Both the position numbers and the translations under genes were made by a program. Of a stretch of 64,000 nucleotides of DNA, positions 37,475 to 49,458 are shown piece by piece. Origin of the DNA: Enoplolaimus lenunculus (taxonomy: Eukaryota); the NCBI GenBank assembly GCA_030248215.1, contig JASANG010003696.1, positions 186,001-250,000 of the forward strand. Reading direction: 5' to 3'. How positions within the stretch are numbered: position 1 is the first letter of the stretch; each line of letters starts with the position of its first letter. A model generated the notes under the pieces. That model made no database searches, was not told where the DNA came from, and worked only from the letters and a program-made list of their open reading frames with translations.

Positions 37475-37943
37475 CTGATTGTAAAAGAAGCTAGGAGGTC
37501 ATATATTCCCAGAAATTTCTGAAAAAATTACATTTTTTCAAAGCGGAGCTAGAAAAATTAATTAAAGCGTTGCCTCAATTTAGAGTATACATATTTTGGA
37601 AATCCTTATATCTTTCAACCCAAAATATTTACAAAAAATTCAACTCCCAAATAATAGACACTGTAAACGTAAAAACAGCAAAAACTGACGCCACAACAAT
37701 CGCTATTGTAGTACAGTAACTACGCTTGAGAGCTGAAATTTTTAATGTTTTTCAAAAAAATTACACTTTTTCGTTTAATTTTGCACCAATGATTTTTGTT
37801 TTAAGTTTATTTAATAAAAAACTTTAATATATCTTAGTTTAAAATGTTAATTATGATAAATAAAAACACCTTTCTTAATATTTCGATGTCTCTAAGCGGT
37901 GCTATGCTCACAACCGTGTCAAAGGTAGCTGGGCTGCCGCCGC

Positions 37944-38980
37944 TAGGGTGCGACCGGATACCAAAAACTGACGGAGCCGGAGCCGGATAGTTAATTCGCT
38001 TGTTGATTTAATCTCATATTCCTGTATAAGATTATAGGTTGTATTCTGGTTTATTAAATCATATTACTGTTTGAATTACTGGTTGAGCGCAATAATTATG
38101 GGTTTTTCGTACATTAATAGCCTATAATTCAAAAATTGCCACAAACATACATTTTTAATTATATATTTCCACAAATAACGGAAATTCAGGCAAAAATGTA
38201 AAATAAAGTATCTAAGTAGCATTCAGATATCAGAACGTAGCTCACAATTCTTCCTTCCGTGGCTTATATTAAAAGTGTTTTCGAGGCAAAGCTTAACACT
38301 TTAACAATGAACCTATTCCATTATTCTGTTTATGTAACGTTGCGCTCAGTTGCAATATTTGTTTGGCCCGTCTTACTTTTACGCTCATGCATCCAGTATT
38401 TGTAAGATACTATAAAATAGAGGTAAGGGTATTGTTTCGCGTAAGTTTAGTTTTGACTTATCTTCACGTTAACTGCAACGTAAAGTACAAAGTGGCCGGT
38501 ATGCAACCAGAGGCCTAGCGAAGAATTTTGGAATGGGAACTGCGTTCTGAGAAAAAATTTCGAATGGCAAGTTACACTTGTTCGAAACTGAATTAATCGC
38601 CATAAGATCGAAGCAAATATAAAACTGGTTTCCACAGTGAATGTAGTTTCAGTTACTTGAGTTCTAACTAATAAATATGCATGCAGATAATCAATAAAAT
38701 TGGTAACTTGGCAGCTCACTTATTACGGCATATACCTTTTTAGACCTCCTATGCTTGTCGTTACCACCCTGCTATCAAATATACGTACCTTATTCAAAAC
38801 TTTAAAATGGTTTACATGACACAATTATGACACAATAAAGATATAAAAGTAAGTCGATATAAGTCAACTAGTTTTATTTTTTCAAATTTTTAAACAAATA
38901 TCCGGCAAGAAAAAATACCGGAGCCCGAGCCGGATGCCGATTTTTGCCGGAGCCGGAGCCGGATATCCGGTCGCACCCTG
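37944..38980. mobile_element. ~1-kb non-autonomous hAT-type element
   Basis: TIR AGGGTGCGACCGGATA / TATCCGGTCGCACCCTG, GGAGCC subterminal repeats, flanks CGCCGCTA/CGCCGTTA. Confidence 0.75.
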
Positions 38981-39228
38981 CGCCGTTAATATACTTATAT
39001 TTTTAATTATGGTTGAAATATTAAATACTAATCCTCATAAGCCTTCAAATCCATAGTTGAAATTTAAAAATGTACATTTTGTTATTACTCGTTTTGAAAC
39101 GCGGAAGTTTTAAAGTCTGTTTTTAGTCACTCATTAAATATTTCTATCAATTGAAACCTGTATATAAGTGCCTAATTGAGTAGGGAAATTTTTTGATTAT
39201 ATGTTTGTTTACATCTTGTATACAGGAG

Positions 39229-39837
39229 TGTAGCTAGGAATTCGTTTCGCGAGGGTGTAACATTAAAGGAGTATTTTTGGTTTGATAGCCAGGATTTCGT
39301 TTCGTGAGGGTGTAACTTTAAAGGAGTATTTTTGGTTTGATAGCCAGGATTTCGTTTCGCGTGGGTGTAACATTAAAGGAGTATTTTTGGTTTGATAGCC
39401 AGGATTTCGTTTCGTGAGGGTGTAACTTTAAAGGAGTATTTTTGGTTTGATAGTTAGGATTTCATTTCGCGAGGGTGTAACATTAAAGGAGTATTTTTGG
39501 TTTGATAGCCAGGATTTCGTTTCGTGAGGGTGTAACTTTAAAGGAGTATTTTTGGTTTGATAGTTAGGATTTCATTTCGCGAGGGTGTAACATTAAAGGA
39601 GTATTTTTGGTTTGATAGCCAGGATTTCGTTTCGTGAGGGTGTAACTTTAAAGGTGTATTTTTGGTTTGATAGCCAGGATTTCGTTTCGTGAGGGTGTAA
39701 CTTTAAAGGAGTTTTTTTGTTTTGATAGCCAGAATTTCATTTTGCGACGGTGTAACTTTAAAGGAGTACTTTTGGTTTGATAGCCAGAATTTCATTTCGC
39801 CAGGAAATAACTTCAAAGGAGTATTTTTGGTTTGATA
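39229..39837. repeat. 55-bp tandem array, ~11 copies
   Basis: Unit GATAGCCAGGATTTCGTTTCGTGAGGGTGTAACTTTAAAGGAGTATTTTTGGTTT recurs at 39284, 39339 and onward. Confidence 0.95.
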
Positions 39838-41698
39838 AGTGTGCTTATTTTCACTATTTCTACTACAATTTCAGGTTAACATACAAGTGCGCACGAAAAA
39901 AATTACATTTGAGAAAACGAAATTTATCTTTGGCGAAATTTCTCGAATGGCAAGAAAAAAGTCACGTTTGCAGGATAATATAAAAAAGCTTGCTCACTAT
40001 GACCTATGTAAAGATCAGGAGCGGAACGTTTTTCGTCAGGACTGCAGTAAAATATTAATAAGTTTAAGCTTAATACTATTTTTGATAAGGCGTAGGTATA
40101 AGGTCTATCAGGGCCGGAGCAGCCACCCCCGTACCTGTCATTTGGAGGCCGCCACCTTAAAAAACCCCCACCCTAACCGGTTGAAACACAAACTGCCGGT
40201 TTTAAAATACGTTTGGATTCTCGCTCGCACGGGGCCCACCACCCTGGAGTTGGGAAGAGCTCCCACCCCGGTCTGCTCCGGCACTGACCACTGTTACGAA
40301 TCTGTTCTATACACTCGCCGTCACAACGAACACTCGCAACAGGTTTTCGTCTGACCTTATTTTCTGTCACAATGAATTCTGACTCTTACTCGCCTAAAAT
40401 ACACAAACCGTACGCCTACGTTGTATGCGTTCCTGGTATCGCACTTACTGTTGCAATTATTACAAGATTAGCTGATTTCAGGCGATTCCTATTGGTTGAA
40501 CTACTTTGATTCTTGAAACCCAAAGCCAATCGGGGACCGAGATTTAAATCGGGTTTGCATATTTTGATACAAAATGCTTTCAATTTTGGTTATTTTAATT
40601 TTTTAACTTTAACTTTGCATTAAAAAGACTGTTTAACTGTCTCAGTGATTTCTGAGAGACAGAAGTGATCATTTTTACTTATATACCCATTGGTGTTGAA
40701 TATCGTTTTAATCTTACCACGACACGTCCTGCCGCGTGGCAGAGTGCTTATGAAAAACAAAATTTATGAAACTAAGCCAATAATGTTTAGTTAAGATTGA
40801 TTTTCACATTTCATTATTATTTTGGCCCATGGAAAGATCAAGGACGGAACGTTATTCCGTGGTACTGGAATAGAGTAAGCTTAATCGACTAATTTTTTGC
40901 TTAAGCTTAGGATTAGAATTAAAATTAGGAATATATTTATACAACTTTTCCCTTATGCCCAATGATGATATAAGTCAACTTACAAAAATATTAGTTTACA
41001 CCGTTTACATTGAAGTCTTAGAAAAATTTCAAAAGAAATGCACTGCGGAACCTTAAGTCGTATTTACACGTGCAAGTTTTTGCTGCAAAAACTTGTACGG
41101 GCAACTTGCATGTGCCAGCTTGGTCACAAAACAGCTTTGAAGTTCTGGCAGCTGCAAATTATTCACTGGAATTCATGCTATTTAATTTAAATCGCACCTG
41201 TGAACGCAGTTGCAAGTCGCTTGAATTTCTTGCACCTGCAGCTTGATTGGCCAATTGGAATGTTCCTTTGAAAATACTTGCTGCTGAAAGTATTTCGTGC
41301 ATTTTGGAACTACGAGTTCTCGCTGCAAAAACTTACACGTGTGAATGGGACTTAAAATATCAATATAAACTGATCTCGTTAAGTCAGATATCTTGGCTCC
41401 GCCGCTTTTTATTGCAACAGGCACTCCAGCACTGGGGTTCAAACGTGTCTGTTGCCATCCGTATCTGCCCAGCTGTCCTGCAGCTCCTGAAATTTAGAAA
41501 ATTAGAATTTGTAAAAGTAAAATTCTACTATTTGCATTCACCAATTTGACATTGAACGGCTACGTTTTGATGGGAAATTGTTTCAAACCAAATAATTGAA
41601 ACTGGACCGGCGACCCATGTTTCTAGGTAAGCTTTTGGTTAAAAAGCATTTCTTTAAGATATGAGTATCGATATATTTCCACAAGCTGGTTATTCGGG

Positions 41699-41865
41699 CT
41701 GGCCCGTAGCCAGGTCACCTTCATGGGGGGTGAAAATTTTCCAGGAGGGGCATTCAAGGATATTTAATGACTTACAAGCAAGATTGAAAATTTTCCAGGG
41801 GTGGCCAAAATTTTTCCAGGGAGGCTGAGCCCCCCTGGCCCCCCGGCCCCTTGCCTACGGGCCCG
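41699..41865. mobile_element. ~165-bp hAT-type MITE (CAGGCCCGTAGCCAG family)
   Basis: TIRs with a perfect 8-bp TSD TATTCGGG. Further copies at ~43598..43756 and ~59027..59197. Confidence 0.85.
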
Positions 41866-44800
41866 TATTCGGGGTCAAGTAGTCCAGTGTCTTGTAATGA
41901 TTATCGTTGTATACAACAAATTGTCAAAGTTACTCTAATTTCCCCAGTGAATTAAACGGCTGATTTGCTATATGAAACTGGTTAAATCAGACAACGAATG
42001 TTGATTAAAGTTCTGACCCATTCACTTCAAGCTAAACCCATGATAGAAGGAGCTTAAAAACGTTTCAAAGAAACTATATTTTTGAAAAAATTGTGTTATT
42101 CAGTTGAGTGGATAAATTTAAATTGGTGACGATTGGCAACGAAAAAATTACTTAAAACTGATTATTAGAATTGAGAAATCGGTACGAGTTATTTCATAAG
42201 ACAATTATACTGAACTCATACACATTTCTGTTTCCAACATTTAAACCAGTATCGATGAAAATTACCTCCAGGGATACAATAACAATAAAGGTTTTGGCGC
42301 CCACGTCTCTCCTGGGCCCCGCGTTGTACACCCGTTTAGTAACATAGAAAAAATAACTCTAATTACAAGAGTGAATTATGTCCATGTTTACAAGAGTGTG
42401 CAACTTTTGTAAGTCGTGTAAATGAAAGAATGCACCCAGCACACGTTGCTTTTTTGCTATTAGAAGCAAAAAATAAACTTGCAGTAAACAGAAAAGATCT
42501 TATTTTTAGTTTTATGCAAGTTAGGTCATCAGAACATAAAAGCTATGGAAGTTTGCAAGGTCTCGTTGACTTGCGACCAAAATTTTTTGCGTCAAAATCG
42601 AAAAGTTGATCAATTTATTTACACCAATCGACAACGTTTACCGAATTGAACTGAAATAACGTTTTTGCAATCTGATCGTTGATTGGTTAACGAATTATTG
42701 TCAAATAACTGATTTGGTGCAAGATATCAACATAGATTTAAATTTCTAGCATGAACGCGACCGCAAAACCACTATAAATTTCTTTGATCCAAGCGATCGG
42801 GAGGGTGGAAGGCGGTCGTTTTTGGCCCAAGGCGGTTGGCTTCAAAAACGCAAATATTAACGTTTATTATTTTTCTCAACGACCGTAAATACGCTACGAG
42901 AATAAAGAACTATCAGGTCAGAACTAAACGCTATACTAATCTTGGTTTTACCAGTTAAGAGCGTAGACAGGATTTCAATGCTGAAGGGTAAAATATATAA
43001 TTTTTTGGAAATTAAAATTTTAATCCCTAATATTTGAAAGGTAAAAAGACCGTTAATGATATGTCGTTATTTTGTTTGGTTCGTAAATTTCACGAAATGA
43101 TATATCCTCTCTATTTGTCTCCTTGTATACACTCCGGATCGCTGCGTCTTGTGCTATACGAACCTTTTTCATTGGGTTCAGTCGCGTAGACTCGATTTCA
43201 TTTTTCAATTAATATATATTTGCTGAATAAATTTTTTTTGACAAATAGCCCGCATGAAATGACTATAAATCCTCTTTATCAGTAAGCGATTTATGGCAAA
43301 AATCTGTGAGGCTTCAGCCAGTAGCATCTTCTAGAAATCTGAATCTGCCCCCGTATAAGCAGGCGGTTAATTCTCGCATGGTCGTGGGAACGATTTTTTG
43401 CCTAAGAGTGTTCATTTATTTAATTTATGCTTTTACTGGAAGATGAATTCAAACTAAATTAGTTTCAGAATAAGCGGCACTTTTTTCTATCAATTTATTA
43501 TTCAATAGCTGTCAACTGACATGCCTGAAAGTCTTGCCCCCCCGCGTCTAAATTCCATCGGATGCAATATTTTCGTTTGTCGCATAGCTCCCTCAACAAG
43601 CCCGTAGCCAGCTCGCTTTGCTTTGGCTATAAAAATTTCAGGAATTGCATACAAGAGTTTTCGATGACTTTACAAGCAAGGTTGAACATTGTATAGGAGG
43701 AATTCTTGCAGGGTTGGGACTGAGCCCACCCTGGCCTGCCGCAGGCTACGGGCTGTCGCTCAGGGGTGTATATATACTTGGTGTAATAGATAAAATTATG
43801 TATCGCTTCGTAAAATTTCTGAAAAGACAAGAAAAAAGCCACTTTAACCGATTTAAGACTTTTAACCTCGTAATCGTAGACGTCAAAAATTGTCTTTTAC
43901 ATAAAGGTTTTATCTTCCCGAATTTCCGAAACTGAGACTACAGACGTAGTTGTCTTGAATTTCGCTGGGAATATAATATATCCTGAATACACCCAGTTAT
44001 GTATACGACCACCGATTGTCAGTGCCAGAGCTGACAGGGGTCGGGGATCCTCACAAATAGGGATATGGTGGGGTGGATGCTCCGGTCCTACCGATTGTTT
44101 TTAGTCTACAAGTCCGCGAACCTCAAACAAATATATTATAATTGTTTGTTTGGTTAGGTTTTGGCTTAAACCATTTTCTGGTTCAGTTTTTCAATTATTT
44201 ATACCGGTTTAGGGCAAAATTTGTAGTACTTTTTTTGGGTTTCAAGCGAACCATTGGGGTCAGAACGAAGTGGGCCAGGTGGCCTTGTGTCACGTTATGG
44301 CTACTCGGCAATGGAGGCCCGTGCCTATGAACTACTGCGAAATCTCCGAATTCTAGATCTGAAATATTTTGACTCTCATATCTTTGGGACCATGTAAAGA
44401 TCAGGGGCGTAAAGTTTTTCTTTGGAACTAGAATAGCGTAAGTTTAAGCTTTAGACTAATTTTTACTTGGTTTATGCTTAGGCTTAGAAATACAGTTTTC
44501 AAGTAGAAATTAAAATTTGTACATTTTGAACGCCGTGAGTAGATTTCAATTTTTATAAGCACCAAATGTTATTGGTTTTGGGTTCCATCGGAATTCCGGT
44601 TCCGCTTTCGACAAAATGTACTTCCGATGGAAACCCGGCTTATTGCCAATTGCTTCTTCAGCAAATCGGAACCGTCGCGTAGGTATCAAAGAAAAAGTAT
44701 TGTAACCAAACGTTAGGGAGGGTTCCAACAGGCACTTAATTTTGCAGGAACAGGAACAAGAACAAGAACCGGCATTTAAAACAATCTTCATTACCGAATT

Positions 44801-47712
44801 ACTGTTAAACGCTTTTAACAACGTCGAAAAATGGTTTAAACGAATTTTCAGCTGCTTCATCAACAAGATTTACAAAAACACAACAGAAACAGTTTATTAA
44901 CAAAATTGAAGTAGTTGAAAAAAGACTCATGTCGAAATAACAACTTTTTAAAGACAAAGTTTCCAATATTTAAATCTTTAGGCATAATTTGCCGCAAAAC
45001 CGTAAAAATTCCGGTTCCTGCATCTTTGAATGCAGAAACAAGAACATGAACAGAAATTGAATATTTGCAGGAATTTCGGCCGCAACAGGAATTCCGGTTG
45101 AACCGTGATTTATATACTGTTAACGATCTAACAAATTGTGTTTAAAGAACCAATATTTTTTTACTGGTGTTTCGATGCCGGCACCAGTAAATCCATATTT
45201 CTGGGCCCGCCACTGTTAAACAGTACCGGTCATAGTACTTGTGCTTTCAGGTCGACTACAACACGTTATATCTGGTTTCAACGGCCTCACATATTGTCAC
45301 TAATACATAATACGAATATGTACATATATATATTTTGTGGCGGGAAAATAATTAGCTATCACATCTTATGCGGTAAATATGTTAGCTATGGTCGGACGAA
45401 CACATTTTGGCTTTTATGAAAGCCGCAATATATTAGCTATACATATATAGATTCATAGAGCTTTCTTGTTTAGCGTTGAGACCTTGGGGCGACGTTGAAT
45501 CTAAGCCCTTCCTATTAAAGCACGAATCGCCAGGCGTGGAAAGGTTCTTGGGTTTAGGCTCTCTCTGACTCTCAGTGGTAGTCCCGAGACTGCGTGTCCA
45601 CCATGTTCTGTCTTCGTATGTTATATGTATGGCGGTATTGATGCTATTGTTTTAGACATGTTTCAAAATGTACTTTTTAGTTGGCCGCACTTATAGTTGT
45701 CAAATATATACATGGTTTAGATATGTTTTGATATGGTTGTAATAAGCTGGTCTCGAAAGATATTAGCTCTAAATGGGCGTAGTCAGGATTTCGTTTTGAG
45801 AATGAATATATTCAACAAACTGTACGAGTCAGTGTAGCGAATGAGTAAAAAAATTATTCACCTCTCGGGGGTCTGAGATTATTCGACATTCTTTGTCCTG
45901 AATACAGCTAATCTGACTACACAACTTTTCATCGTACTACCGTAAGTTTGGGATCGCAAATGATCGGTGGTATAGGCTTAGCTGCCCAGTGCAAACCTTG
46001 TAGAAACCAGAAAGTAAGATAAATCTGAAGAACTTTCTCAGCGTTTCGAAAAGTATTTTGTACACCCTTGTATATAATCCTGTCGACGAACGCAATCTGC
46101 GCTCCCCACAAATCCCGTTGTGGTACGACCGGCGTTAGAATAAGAATAGTCGGCCGCACCAAACAGGGGTCCAATAGGGATCCCCAGTAAAATGTTTCAC
46201 AGCTCTATACCTTCGTGGTCCGCGAAAAATTTTTTATTGGCTTGTTATCAATTGAAACATATCGTCGGTTTTCGGATGGTGGAAAGCCAGGGACTCGGGA
46301 CCCCTGCGCCCCCGTTTTCATCCGGCGCTGGTTCCAGGATGGCTGCAGAGTATTTGCGTGTGTTGTTTGGGCTGAAAATAAATGTAGGTCATTTATTCTA
46401 TCATGCATGACATATAATATGCTGTGTTTCTTTATATTAAATGCTTAACTTCAACGTTTTGGTCGAACCTTGACAGCAGGTAACTAATGATTCAATACAT
46501 TGTACCTGTAGCGGCAGCAAGCTAGTTTTGCCAGAATCCAGCACAACAGCAAGAGTGGATAAGTTGTTTACCCACTACCCGCCCTTATTTTTTCTTCTGT
46601 GTTCAATACAATTGTGTAATTATACAGTGTATAGATGTTAGTCGCTCTATTTACATTACAAAAAACTATTAGTAAACTTTGAAAACAACCCATTCGGTAA
46701 AAAATGTAACACTGGATAATATTGCACATTTAACTTATCACCGGAAAAACTAGCTTGTTTGCCGATGGGTGATTATGACGAGTGAACCAAAACGTTCTTA
46801 CCTGTACGAAATCATTGTCGTCAAGATCGTATGATCATACGTTTTTTATGGCTTCGTCGCAAGTTATCTTAATGTTTCATTCAGAAAACTTGTGAACACA
46901 TTCTTCAAAGCTAAGAAAAACATATAAATACGGAAAACGCGAAGGATGTCTCCAAATGCTATATGTTAAGCTATACTTAAAAATTTCTGTTGAAATATGT
47001 GTAAAAAGTATTCCCGCGCGCGTGGGCCAAATTCAGCCAGAACCAATAGCAAGGTGTTTCATTTACGAGGGATACTAGCTATGTGCTTTAAACTGCTGTT
47101 TGCCGTTTTTTGACAATTTTAGGCGTATAAAAATCACAAATTTTTTCCCTCGCTTTCAAATTCTTTACCCACGGGTATACCCGCGTCAAAATTTTCTTAC
47201 ACGTACCCGCGTTAGCCGCGGATACCCGTTGATAGCCTGCAGCTCAGATATCTAATCTTAACAATGCAGTCAGTAGTTCGACGTAAAAATAAGCCAAATC
47301 GACAACGCTCGATTTTTGACGTTTAAAAAATTTATTTCAATTAATATTAATTTTAATATTCGGTGAGACAATTGAGTTACACACAAACTATATGAACTCA
47401 TAAAATTGGCGTGTTCTGGCCAACCCTAAACATTTAACCAGCTCACTGTTTAATAGTATTTGCTTCAAGAAATTTAAACAGCTGCTTAGACGAGAAATAT
47501 ATCGAATTAGATCATTTCCTGAAAATCCCAAATGAAAGTAACCATTCAGTTCCCTTTACACTCAAAACAGAGCAAATTCCATTGATAGTTCAGTGGAATT
47601 TTTAAAACGCCAAGAACAGCTATGCCGACGCACGCGACATAGTCCAGTGGAATATGTGGGGAACGGATATATATGCAACGATAAATGCGATGCGGTATGC
47701 AAAACGCCGCTG

Positions 47713-48010
47713 TTTTGACTAAGAAAGGAACTCCGTTAAGATACGATGTCTTGAATAAGGATGGTACTCCGTTAAGACAAGCTGTCTTGACTAAGGATGG
47801 AACTCCGTTAAGACAAGACGTCTTGACTAAGGATGCAACTCCGTTAAGACAAGATGCCTTGAATAACGAAGGAACTCTGTTAAGACAAGATGTCATGACT
47901 AAGGATGGTACTCCGTTAAGACAAGACGTCTTGACTAAGGATGCAACTCCGTTAAGACAAGATGCCTTGACTAAGGATGGAACTCCGTTAAGACAAGTTG
48001 CCTTGACTAG
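47713..48010. repeat. 36-bp minisatellite, ~8 copies
   Basis: Unit TTGACTAAGGATGGAACTCCGTTAAGACAAGATGTC. Confidence 0.9.
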
Positions 48011-48551
48011 CAGACAGTTCGTAATTAAGAAGGACTGCTAATAAACATACTTTGTTGTAATGTAGGCCGTAATGTTTGAGCATTACAGTTGAAATTGTAT
48101 ATTGTCTACACATGTAAGCAACGGCGGTTGGTTCGTTACGATAATTTATTTGCCAGGCTAATGAGGGTTAAGGGTAACTTGGTTGGTGTGTAGAACATTT
48201 GTTTGGCTTGGCAAAATTGAACTTTGAAGAAGAAACCATTTTTAGCGGATATACAACAGAATAAGCTTAAACTTTAGACTAACTTTTTGTTTAGACTTAG
48301 GCTTAGGCACAGGCTTACACATAAATTTTTCGTTGAGGTGAGCGTTGGGTTTTGGCTTAAAATTAGGAAATAATTACACTACTGTTACGTCACTGATAGT
48401 AGCATTGGCCATTATATGAATAGTTTCTATTGGCTTAATTTTAACAACAGTTTGAACTGTTATGAACACCGGTGAAGTTGATTGATAATACGTTGAAAAT
48501 GGACGAAAATTACGTCTAAGGTAGTCAATACCATTACTCCCTTAAATTTTT

Positions 48552-48782
48552 GGCCAATTTAAAGAACAGCGGCGGAACAGTATTATAAGCATATTCCTAA
48601 GCTTAAGCCTAAACATAAGCCTAAGTGTAAGAATGAGTTTATTCCTAAGCCTAAGCCTAAGCCTAAGTGTAAGAATGAGTTTATTCCTAAGCCTAAAAAA
48701 TAAAAAAAATAGTCAAACGCTTAAGCTTTAAGTCTATTCTAGTCCCGCAGAAAAACGTTCCGCCGCTGATCTTTCATGGACC
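48552..48782. mobile_element. TTAGGC-containing MITE, family A
   Basis: GGCCAATTTAAAGAACAGCGGCGGAAC / GTTCCGCCGCTGATCTTTCATGGACC TIRs, AATTTTT flanks. Confidence 0.85.
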
Positions 48783-49458
48783 AATTTTTGAAACGACAAT
48801 GAAGAAAGATGATTTAACAGAGGTAAACTCGCAAAAATTTAGAGCGCAAAACTATTTTCTTATGTAATACGCTTGTTGGCAAAAACCTTTTCGCTATGAA
48901 GGTAATATACCTTCTGGATCGAGATTATGGCTGCGTCTATTACGGCAATCATACTGGTAATGGCTGCACCTTATTTGGATATGATGGTTCGGATCAGAGC
49001 TGCACGTTATCCACCGGGTATCCGCGAGTAAATGCTTGCGGGTAAGCAAGATGGGGCCCGCAAGGGTCGGCGGTACCTCGTTGGACTTTGGGATAGCGCT
49101 TCCGCCAGCACTGATTAGATTTTTTCTATATTTGAAGCTTTGTTGAAAATCTTTGTTTTTCAAATTTTAAATTTTACAAAAGAATTCGTTTAACTCGCGT
49201 ATTTTCAAACAATTCCTATGGATGCTTTTTTAACTCGAGGGCCCCATTTTAGTAAAATGTATAGATTCTTTACAAACTTTGCCGTTGCATAAAACCATAC
49301 ATTATTGTTAATATTTATAAATTTATTCTTAGCTATGTAATTATTACCTTTGTTTTTTTCGAGCAAAATTTTCTCTATCACTGCTCTCATAGTTCCTGAA
49401 TGAAAGCCAATCAGGCAAGCTTTGACTACTTCAGTGTGTCTTGCAAACTTCGCTCGGT

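Noticed and set aside
39229..39837. CRISPR array
   Set aside because: Head-to-tail units with no unique spacers.
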